Shown here: positions 56,635-64,000 of the stretch, one piece after another
How positions within the stretch are numbered: position 1 is the first letter of the stretch
Layout: every line of letters begins with the position of its first letter
DNA from: an uncultured Gammaproteobacteria bacterium
Lineage (GTDB): Bacteria > Patescibacteriota > Patescibacteriia > Patescibacteriales > BS150m-G62
Length of the DNA: 64,000 nucleotides
Assembly (NCBI GenBank): GCA_964569045.1
Contig: CAZMSR010000002.1
Location: forward strand, 43,272 to 107,271
Reading direction: 5' to 3'
Notes under the pieces: generated by a model
Database searches by the model: none
What the model was told of the DNA's origin: nothing
What the model saw: only the letters and a program-made list of their open reading frames with translations
Made by a program: the position numbers and the translations under genes

Positions 56635-56931
56635 ATGCCGAATCGCGCAAATCTTGTAAAAATTTTTACTAATGCACTTGAAAAAGCAAGTATAGCCGCA
56701 TCTCTAGCAAATACAAAAAATACAGAAAAAATACTATTTCAATATTGGAAAAATGCTATTCACTGCATGCTTATTAAAAATAGAGTCTGCCCTTGTCAAA
56801 AAAATAACCCGGATGAGTGCTTTTTAACTTTTTCACAAAATGAACAAATTGGACTACTAAATGGCAAAGATATTAGTTTTCAAAATTTTGTAAATTATTT
56901 TACTCAAGCAAAAAAAATATTTATAAATTAA
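56635..56931 (+). CDS. Hypothetical protein (98 aa)
   Basis: ORF starting 4 nt after the DksA-like stop. Contains CPCQ...DEC. No family recognised. Confidence 0.35.
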   Translation: MPNRANLVKIFTNALEKASIAASLANTKNTEKILFQYWKNAIHCMLIKNRVCPCQKNNPDECFLTFSQNEQIGLLNGKDISFQNFVNYFTQAKKIFIN

Positions 56932-56940
56932 AAAAATAAT

Positions 56941-56966
56941 GTGCGTAAAAAATGCACTTTTTTTTA
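56941..56966 (+). terminator. Candidate Rho-independent terminator
   Basis: gtgcg-taaaaaa-tgcac short stem (one G-U pair) followed by a T8 run. Confidence 0.4.
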
Positions 56967-57016
56967 TTTTATAAAGTTGTGCTCAAATTAGCTTCACCTG
57001 CAAGTACCACTATTTT

Positions 57017-57697
57017 CTATTCATTAAAAACAAAACCGCGAAATACATGCATTGATTTTTTACTTGTACCGTTACTTGTATCATGCACCCTATCATGCTC
57101 TTTATCGGTTAATGCTTCTTCCGGAAAAAATTTAACAGGCAATTGCATAACAACAAAACGAATATCTTCCGGATGCACTTCTCCGCTAGCACTTCTTATA
57201 GTATCGCGACGTATATTCCCCACCTCTTTAAACTTAGGATTTAAATCATTCACCTTTAAATCTTGCCCTTTACGAAAACCAACACAAACAGCTATACCAT
57301 CATTACTTCTTTCAAATCCTTCTAAAAAAGCTGTTCTAATTGCCCGATCATAAGCATAAGGATCCCACTGTGTACAATTTGGGTATTCTTGTTTTGTATT
57401 GTTATGAAATTTAATTTCTAGATCTTGTTGTTCAAGTATCGCATTACTTAATCTTTCTAAATTTTCTCTTCTAATTATTAGATCATCATTTCTGAATTTT
57501 TCATAAATACCGTTAACATCCTCATAATGTTCACCACCTGCTTTTTCAAAAGCCTTTTTAATACCAAGATAAGCGCTATAAACTGCCTGCTCCTTTTCCT
57601 TGTCAGACAAATTATGCGGCAAACTATCCAAGGCTAAAGCTATATTGCTTTTTTTCTCCTTAATCATTTCTTTTTTAAAAAAATTTGCTTCATTCAT
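57017..57697 (-). CDS. Hypothetical protein (226 aa)
   Basis: Longest ORF at this locus, with normal amino-acid composition, unlike the overlapping + strand ORF 56952..57353. No family recognised. Confidence 0.45.
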   Translation of the reverse strand: MNEANFFKKEMIKEKKSNIALALDSLPHNLSDKEKEQAVYSAYLGIKKAFEKAGGEHYEDVNGIYEKFRNDDLIIRRENLERLSNAILEQQDLEIKFHNNTKQEYPNCTQWDPYAYDRAIRTAFLEGFERSNDGIAVCVGFRKGQDLKVNDLNPKFKEVGNIRRDTIRSASGEVHPEDIRFVVMQLPVKFFPEEALTDKEHDRVHDTSNGTSKKSMHVFRGFVFNE

Positions 57698-57705
57698 ATA
57701 AATTT

Positions 57706-58599
57706 TTAATTTTTTACTTCATGTTTGCCAAACCGGTTTCTAAGAGCTGAAAGCACCCGACCGGTATAACTAGGATTATCCTGAGACTGCTCTCTGAATT
57801 TTAATGCGCTTTTAATTACAGGAACAGGAATATTTAATTCCCTTGCTGCATTAACAGTCCAAAGACCTTCGCCGGAATGCGAGACTTTACCTGATATACC
57901 AACTAAATCTTCTCCGTATTTGGCGTATGCCTTATTGAGCCAAGAAATCAAGCGAGATTCTATTACACTTTTATGCTCATAAACCTTAGCAACCTCACTC
58001 AAATCAAGATTAAATTTTGACTTTTTCATTAACGCAAAACCTTCAGCTATTGCCTGCATCATGCCATATTCTATACCATTGTGTATCATTTTAACAAAAT
58101 GACCGGCACCGGAATCTCCCATATAGGCATAACCATTTTTTATACTTAAATCACAGAACAATTGTTTATATTTAGCAAACACTTCTTTTTTGCCGCCAAT
58201 CATTATTGAAGCTCCGTTTCGAGCTCCGCTAGGACCACCGCTTACTCCTACATCTAAAAAATTAATGCCTTTTTGCGCTAATTCTTGTGCACGCCTTATT
58301 GACTCTTTATAGGGCGAATTGCCTCCATCAATTACAATATCCCCGGATTCAAGTTCAGGTAAAATTCTTGCAATTACACCATCAACAACCTTCCAAGGAA
58401 CCATAACCCAAATTAATCGAGGAGAATCTAATTTTTTTATAACATCGGCATTATCTTGAGCAATAATTGCGCCTAAATTTTCTACTTTTTTTAAAATGCT
58501 TTTATTACGAGTAGAAGCAACCACGACATAGCCTTTTTCAAGCAAACGCTCGACCATGTTTTGCCCCATCTTACCTAAGCCGATATAGCCAATTTTCAT
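57706..58599 (-). CDS. gnd: 6-phosphogluconate dehydrogenase, short (YqeC/Gnd-like) form
   Basis: MKIGYIGLGKMGQNM Rossmann start, GGNS, GAGHFVKMIHNGIEYG. Confidence 0.85.
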   Translation of the reverse strand: MKIGYIGLGKMGQNMVERLLEKGYVVVASTRNKSILKKVENLGAIIAQDNADVIKKLDSPRLIWVMVPWKVVDGVIARILPELESGDIVIDGGNSPYKESIRRAQELAQKGINFLDVGVSGGPSGARNGASIMIGGKKEVFAKYKQLFCDLSIKNGYAYMGDSGAGHFVKMIHNGIEYGMMQAIAEGFALMKKSKFNLDLSEVAKVYEHKSVIESRLISWLNKAYAKYGEDLVGISGKVSHSGEGLWTVNAARELNIPVPVIKSALKFREQSQDNPSYTGRVLSALRNRFGKHEVKN

Positions 58600-58627
58600 A
58601 CTAACATTTTTAAATAATAATTTTCTA

Positions 58628-60043
58628 CTAAATTTTTAAAGCACCCTTTTTATATTCGATCAATTTAACATCCTTCCAAGCCTTTACAACCGAATCAATA
58701 AACTTCCAAGCATTCATAACCTCTCCGGATGCTACGAATAAAGTCTGATCGCCGATTATACAATCATATAATACTTTTTCATAAGCATCTAATTCTTTTT
58801 TAATGTTTTCTTTGTAATTAAAAGATAAATCACGAGGAGCAATTTTAAAATCCATCCCCGGCTCTTTAGCCCAAAAACGAACAGTTATTAATTCTTCTGG
58901 TTGAATATTAAATATTACTTGATTTTTGTGATTATGCGTGAGCCCTGCTTTTTTTGAATTTGGTTCACAAAAACATGGCATAGCAGCTTTAAATTCAACA
59001 CTTATATCAACTTTGTTTTTACTTAAAGCTTTGCCGCTTTCTAGAATAATTGGCACACCTTTCCATCTTTGATTATTAACAAATGTTTTTAAACTAAAGT
59101 ATGTCTCGGTTTGTGTTTTAACAGAAACTCCTTTTTCTTTTTTATAGCCTTTGTACTGAGCTCTGATAAAAACATTTTTTATTTCTTTTTTAAGTGGTAA
59201 AATTAGACACGAAAATATTTTTTCGCGATTAGCTCTTATTGTTTTTGCGCTAATTTCGCCGGGATTTTCCATTGTTATTAGGGCGAGCATTTGAAGCAAA
59301 TGATTTTGCCCAACATCTCGCAGAGCCCCTATTCCGTCGTAAAAATTAGCACGCGCTTTTAAATCACTTTTTTCAAGTAATCTAATTTTTATACTTTCAA
59401 TATATTTATTATTCCAAATCGGCTCAAATATGCTATTAGAAAATCTAAAACTTAAAATATTCTGCAAAGTCTCCTTGGCTAGGTAATGATCTATTCTAAA
59501 AATCTGCTCTTCACGAAAAAGCTTTGTTAAAAGCTTGTCTAATTTTTGAGCTGTTGTATTATTTTTACCAAAAGGCTTTTCTACAAGAACACGAGTCCAG
59601 CCCAAAGAACTAGAACAAGGCTTTGTTAAGCCTGATTTTGACAAATTTTTTAAAATAACTTCGTAATAATTTGGAGGAACTGCTAAATAAAAAAGTTTAT
59701 TAGAACACTGCCCGATTTGCAAATCTATTCCTTTTAAAATTGCAGACAATTCTTTGTAGTATTTTTGATCTGTAAAGTCACCTTGCTTATAAAGAATATT
59801 TTCTAAAAATCCATCTATCACCCTTTGGTCATGTTTATGCTTTTTTTGTTTTATTGAACTTCTGGCAAATTTTTTATATTCAATATCATTCCATTTACGT
59901 CTAGAAAATCCAACAACTCGTAATATGTCCGGAAGTAAGTTTTTAGCGCTTAAATCCATTAAGGCGGGAATCAGTTTAGTCTGAGACAAATCACCGGTTG
60001 CACCAAAAACCACCACAATTGTTGGAGTTTTAATTTTATTCAT
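58628..60043 (-). CDS. zwf: Glucose-6-phosphate 1-dehydrogenase
   Basis: FGATGDL, RIDHYLAKE, EKP motifs. Confidence 0.92.
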   Translation of the reverse strand: MNKIKTPTIVVVFGATGDLSQTKLIPALMDLSAKNLLPDILRVVGFSRRKWNDIEYKKFARSSIKQKKHKHDQRVIDGFLENILYKQGDFTDQKYYKELSAILKGIDLQIGQCSNKLFYLAVPPNYYEVILKNLSKSGLTKPCSSSLGWTRVLVEKPFGKNNTTAQKLDKLLTKLFREEQIFRIDHYLAKETLQNILSFRFSNSIFEPIWNNKYIESIKIRLLEKSDLKARANFYDGIGALRDVGQNHLLQMLALITMENPGEISAKTIRANREKIFSCLILPLKKEIKNVFIRAQYKGYKKEKGVSVKTQTETYFSLKTFVNNQRWKGVPIILESGKALSKNKVDISVEFKAAMPCFCEPNSKKAGLTHNHKNQVIFNIQPEELITVRFWAKEPGMDFKIAPRDLSFNYKENIKKELDAYEKVLYDCIIGDQTLFVASGEVMNAWKFIDSVVKAWKDVKLIEYKKGALKI

Positions 60044-60051
60044 TATATTAA

Positions 60052-60687
60052 TTATAATTTTAGTCTTTCGAGTAAACGATTATAATTTTCTTCTACATTA
60101 TCTGCATCAAACAAAGTACTGCCAATAACAAAAATATTAACACCGGCTTTATTAGCATCTTGAATTGAATCATGATTAACACCACCATCAATAGCTATTT
60201 TGACTTCACTGTTAAGTGTTTTAATCTCCTTTACTTTATTTAAAACATTAATTAAAAACTTTTGTCCGGAAAACCCAGGTTCAACTGATAACAACAAAAC
60301 TAAATCAATTTTATTAATAAAAGATTGAATTAAACTAACCGGAGTTTTTGGATTAATCGCAATACCAAATTCAAAATCATACTGACTTGCCTTATGCAAA
60401 ACATATTCAATATCATCTACAGCTTCTATGTGAACTATAACTCTTTTGGCACCAATGTTTTTGCAATCATTAAATAAATCGGTTGGATTTTTTGTCATTA
60501 AATGAATTTCCAAATTTATTTCCTTATTTAATCCTTTTAGCTCTTTAACTTCTATGGTAAGACTTGGCACAAACTTATTATCACAAACATCTATTTGCAC
60601 CCAATCTGTTAACTCTTTTACTAAATTTATTTTCTTTTTTACTTCATTTAAATTTTTACTTAGAATTGCCGGTATTATTTTTTTCAT
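60052..60687 (-). CDS. rpe: Ribulose-phosphate 3-epimerase
   Basis: IIPAILS..., H.M, VEPGFSGQKF, IDGG. Confidence 0.9.
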   Translation of the reverse strand: MKKIIPAILSKNLNEVKKKINLVKELTDWVQIDVCDNKFVPSLTIEVKELKGLNKEINLEIHLMTKNPTDLFNDCKNIGAKRVIVHIEAVDDIEYVLHKASQYDFEFGIAINPKTPVSLIQSFINKIDLVLLLSVEPGFSGQKFLINVLNKVKEIKTLNSEVKIAIDGGVNHDSIQDANKAGVNIFVIGSTLFDADNVEENYNRLLERLKL

Positions 60688-61132
60688 ATTTACTTATTTT
60701 AATAACCCTCCGTTTATGCTTTTTTAAATTACTAAATGATGTATTTAACCAGACTCTAATCATTCTTTTAGCTAATGCTGAATTAATATTTTTTGCTCCA
60801 AGGCAAAGAATATTAGTATTGTTATGCGCCTTAGCTAAACGAGACAAAGTTATACTCGCTGCGTTAAATGCTCTTGCTCCTTTTACCTTATTAGCCGCTA
60901 TACACATTCCAATTCCGGAACCACATATTAAAATTCCAATGGAATTTGCTTTTGCTACCTTGCTTGCTGCAAGTATAGCATAATCCGCATAATCATCGAT
61001 CGGGTCATGTTTAGTATTTCCAACATCAACACAATTGTATTTAAGCTTTGTTAAAAAAATAATTAATTCATTTTTAAGCTTAAACCCACAATGATCACTA
61101 GCTAAATAAATAGTCTTTTTACTTTTTAACAT
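60656..61132 (-). CDS. rpiB: Ribose-5-phosphate isomerase B
   Basis: IYLASDHCGFKLK..., GILICGSGIGMCIAANK, RLAKAHNNTNILCLGA. Confidence 0.9.
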   Translation of the reverse strand: MLKSKKTIYLASDHCGFKLKNELIIFLTKLKYNCVDVGNTKHDPIDDYADYAILAASKVAKANSIGILICGSGIGMCIAANKVKGARAFNAASITLSRLAKAHNNTNILCLGAKNINSALAKRMIRVWLNTSFSNLKKHKRRVIKISKYEKNNTGNSK

Positions 61133-61229
61133 GCTTTGATTATAGCATTTTTTTATTAATAAAAAAAGATTACTACAACATTATATATTTTATGCTATTA
61201 TTATAATAATTAATTCTTTACTCTTACTC

Positions 61230-61439
61230 ATGCGTAAAAAAATAATTAACACTCAAGCAAAAAAACTAAAATCTTGCACTCCAAAAAAGGCTCTAGAAAA
61301 GCTAAAAACTATTAAACAAGACTTTATAAAAAAAGCATCGGCAATTGAGACAGAACGAGATCGCAAACTAGCCCGCCTAGCAACAAAAATAGACAAACGC
61401 AAAATAAAGCAAATAGAAGCCAGCTTAAAACAAAAATAA
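61230..61439 (+). CDS. Small basic hypothetical protein (69 aa)
   Basis: ORF only. Lys-rich and helical-looking. Could be non-coding. Confidence 0.3.
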   Translation: MRKKIINTQAKKLKSCTPKKALEKLKTIKQDFIKKASAIETERDRKLARLATKIDKRKIKQIEASLKQK

Positions 61440-61471
61440 TTATAATACTTTAATATTTTTAATACAAAAAT

Positions 61472-64000
61472 ATGGTAAGAAGAAATCCATTTGATAAAAG
61501 ACAACCAAAAAGAAAAAAAATAAAAAGAATAACAAAATCTATTCCTCGCACCAAAAGAAGTAAATATCGGCCAATTACAAGCCTAAGACGAATAAAAAAA
61601 ATCAAAACAATAAATGATGCGCCTCAAATAGAAACCACTTCTGAAGTAACGGTAAGTGAATCAATTCCAGAAAAAGAAGTGCTATATAATGATGTCTACA
61701 AAGAGTCCGTATTTTTACTTGAATCATTTGCCGACATTCAAAAACAAGTAGAAAGAAAAAATGAATCGGCAATAGAACGAATTAATAATATAGGTGCTAG
61801 CGGAAGCGAAAATAAAAAAGTTACAAAAATATGCGACTTAACAAATAAAGAAATAATTGAATTAATTCGAGAAAAAGAAAAAAAAGTAAATGAATTATTG
61901 TCTTTAGTAGAGATACAGGAAGCCAGCAAAACAAACAACAATGGCTCAGAAGTCATCATGCATACCTCTTCTGAAGATACGCAACCACAAACTCCGCTAC
62001 AAATCACAGATCAAAGAGAAGAACGTCTTTTAATTGAAGACAAAAGCACAAAAGAGCATCCTGCAACGCCTCCTAAAATAATTCATGCACCAAATATACC
62101 TGAAGTAATCCATCAAGATCAAAAAAAAGCAACCGATCAAATAACATACTACCAAAATTTAGAAAAAAAGTCAGGAAATAAAGAAAAAGAAGAAAATAAT
62201 AAACTTGTCAAAGAAAGAGATGCTCAGATAGAAAAAGCTGTAGCAGACAAGAATATGGATGTTAATGTTATAGAGAAAGGAACTCATTATCCGGCGACGA
62301 AAGAAGTAGAAATACAAGAATCATCCACAGAAGAGCAAGAAGAGGGAGCGGAAAATAATAAAGCAGAAAACATGGAGACACAAGAACCATTCATAGAAGA
62401 GAAAGAAGAGGAAAAGAATAAAGAATCGTACAAGAATAAAATTACTAGACTTAAAAAAGAACTAGAAGAAGCTAAAAAAAATAATGAAACTGATAGAGCT
62501 AATAGAATAGTTGGAATAATAAGAATAGCTAAAGAGGAAAAAAAACAAAAAAAACTTAAAGAAAAAGAAAATGCTAAAATAGCGCCTGAAAAGCCACTTC
62601 TTAGTCGAGAATATGCAAAAGGAGATATTGTTGATTTTCCAAGTAATGAGAATACTATTAGAGAAGGAGGAGAAATAATAAGAATAGACACTAATAGTAA
62701 TACCGGAGAACAAATGGCAACAATTATTTGGGTAAAAGATAGCAAAGCTAAACACAGTGATGTTAGTTTAAAAAAATTAGATGCTGTTCAGAAAAAAAGT
62801 ATTAAAGAAAATCTACTTAGGCAGTACAAAGACGAATTAAAACTAACAAAACAACATAAAGACACTAAAAAAGTACACGAAATTGCAAAAAAAATACATG
62901 ACCTAAAAGAAGATAAAGTATTGCCATTAGATACAGCAAGAGATAACTTTTTTAAAGAATATAAAAAATACATGGGGGGCAGGATTGAAAAAGAAATGAT
63001 TAGGGAAATTATGCAAATTCATAAATCAGAAGAAAAGTGGCCACCTCACCTTAAAAAAGCAAAAGAAGAATACACAAAAGCACGACACGGACAATTTAAT
63101 ACTCTAAAAGAAGGTAAAAGCATTCCACAAGATCAGCTTTTTGAGGAACTATACGAAGAAGAAGATAAAAACATGAAAAGAATGCGACAGGAATTTTTAA
63201 GTGAAAATCAGAATAATTTGGTAAGCAAATCTTTAAATTTAATAAAAAATAACAAAACCGGAATAAAAACTGCCGGTTGGGTTGTTGCTGGTTTAGCCGG
63301 TCCTGCAGGACTTTTAAGAAAAGCTTTAATAACAGGAATTGGTGCTTTTACAACTCTTGAATTAACTAAATCAAAAGAAAAATACATAAAAAAACTAAAA
63401 GAAAAAAAACTAATTGAACATGAAGAATTTAACGAATTAACATTACCTGAAATAGAAAAAAGATACAAAGAGCGCGAAAAACAAATCAAAAACACAAGAA
63501 AACTTTTTTTAGCAGCTCAAGGTGCTGCAGCATTAGTTACTTTTTATGGAATATCAAGCTTAGATATGCTTGATAAATTTGACTCATCACTTAAAGATGA
63601 TGTTCAAATTACCACTAAACCAAAATTAAATTCATCAACCAACTTAAAAACACCCGAAGTCTCCACAGAAGCACCGGCAGAGCAACCGACATCTCACCAA
63701 AAAATATCATCACAGTCTAGCGGAGAAGTGACTATAACCGATACTAATAAAAACAGCCTTGTTTTAAAATCTTTAGAACAACATTCAAACGATCTTAAAG
63801 GTTACTATATCGGACCAAATGGCGAAAGATTATTTCAAGAGCTAGAGAATGGAAATTTTATAGAAATTGATACAAGTACAATCCAAAATAATACACTAAA
63901 AACCTCTATTGAAACAGGAATTAAAGCTCGCTTTCCATCATCAGAAGACTCAACAATACTTAAGGATCAAGCATCAATACCAGTACCTACTCCAAAGCCA
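61472..64000 (+). CDS. Large K/E-rich hypothetical protein with two central hydrophobic segments (3' end outside window)
   Basis: Not in the supplied ORF track. I checked every sequence line from the ATG at 61472 and the frame stays open for 843 codons to the window edge. Begins MVRRNPFDKRQPKRKKIKR.... Hydrophobic stretches TAGWVVAGLAGPAGLL...ITGIGAFTTL (~63270-63360) and LFLAAQGAAALVTFYGISSL (~63505-63560). Confidence 0.7.
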   Translation, partial: MVRRNPFDKRQPKRKKIKRITKSIPRTKRSKYRPITSLRRIKKIKTINDAPQIETTSEVTVSESIPEKEVLYNDVYKESVFLLESFADIQKQVERKNESAIERINNIGASGSENKKVTKICDLTNKEIIELIREKEKKVNELLSLVEIQEASKTNNNGSEVIMHTSSEDTQPQTPLQITDQREERLLIEDKSTKEHPATPPKIIHAPNIPEVIHQDQKKATDQITYYQNLEKKSGNKEKEENNKLVKERDAQIEKAVADKNMDVNVIEKGTHYPATKEVEIQESSTEEQEEGAENNKAENMETQEPFIEEKEEEKNKESYKNKITRLKKELEEAKKNNETDRANRIVGIIRIAKEEKKQKKLKEKENAKIAPEKPLLSREYAKGDIVDFPSNENTIREGGEIIRIDTNSNTGEQMATIIWVKDSKAKHSDVSLKKLDAVQKKSIKENLLRQYKDELKLTKQHKDTKKVHEIAKKIHDLKEDKVLPLDTARDNFFKEYKKYMGGRIEKEMIREIMQIHKSEEKWPPHLKKAKEEYTKARHGQFNTLKEGKSIPQDQLFEELYEEEDKNMKRMRQEFLSENQNNLVSKSLNLIKNNKTGIKTAGWVVAGLAGPAGLLRKALITGIGAFTTLELTKSKEKYIKKLKEKKLIEHEEFNELTLPEIEKRYKEREKQIKNTRKLFLAAQGAAALVTFYGISSLDMLDKFDSSLKDDVQITTKPKLNSSTNLKTPEVSTEAPAEQPTSHQKISSQSSGEVTITDTNKNSLVLKSLEQHSNDLKGYYIGPNGERLFQELENGNFIEIDTSTIQNNTLKTSIETGIKARFPSSEDSTILKDQASIPVPTPKP

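Noticed and set aside
56952-57353. Plus-strand 133-aa ORF overlapping CDS 57017-57697.
   Set aside because: Its composition is Ser/Leu/Thr/Cys-rich and low in information, and it starts inside a terminator T-run. The minus-strand ORF is longer, has balanced composition and fits the operon direction.
61253-63495. Minus-strand ORFs 61253-61504, 61738-62007, 62287-62745, 62462-62755, 62788-62973 and 63208-63495.
   Set aside because: They are low-complexity Phe/Ser/Leu-rich antisense translations of the A-rich, K/E-coding plus-strand ORF 61472-64000, which is open for 843 codons.

Overview
64-kb window from a very AT-rich bacterium (coding lines I counted are about 32% G+C; intergenic DNA is lower). 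Gene content and protein style suggest Candidate Phyla Radiation / Patescibacteria, which is an inference: many small VirB2/TrbC-like pilin paralogs, a short HolA, K/E-rich tails, orphan solute-binding proteins. The standard code applies, since TGA acts as a stop in ATGA gene overlaps. About 60 protein genes are tightly packed. Housekeeping genes: polA (5'-partial), holA, rpsT, argS, recQ, idi, ftsK, recA, comM, hup, rny, nrnA-like, clpP, ruvC, rnj, secG, rplT-rpmI-infC, rpsF-ssb-rpsR and efp. A large sugar-phosphate cluster holds rpiB-rpe-zwf-gnd, tkt, a LOG-family gene, tal and pgi. A glycogen-type cluster has two glgA paralogs. Accessory content: (1) seven tandem VirB2/TrbC-like mini-pilin paralogs (36156-39942) with hypervariable ectodomains, a shared near-identical C-terminal cassette and 117-bp repeats between genes, with no secretion ATPase in the window; (2) a single-gene ~58% G+C island (18149-18985) with its own near-consensus promoter and terminator, bracketed by perfect DnaA-box 9-mers; (3) a family of ~160-bp long-palindrome intergenic elements; (4) two class-II-type Fic genes plus an XRE regulator; (5) a stand-alone RelA/SpoT synthetase next to a DksA/TraR zinc-finger gene; (6) a type I M+S methyltransferase pair without hsdR. 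A >843-codon ORF running off the 3' end (61472-64000) is missing from the ORF track. Reading by eye I found no rRNA, tRNA or CRISPR array. That scan is not exhaustive.
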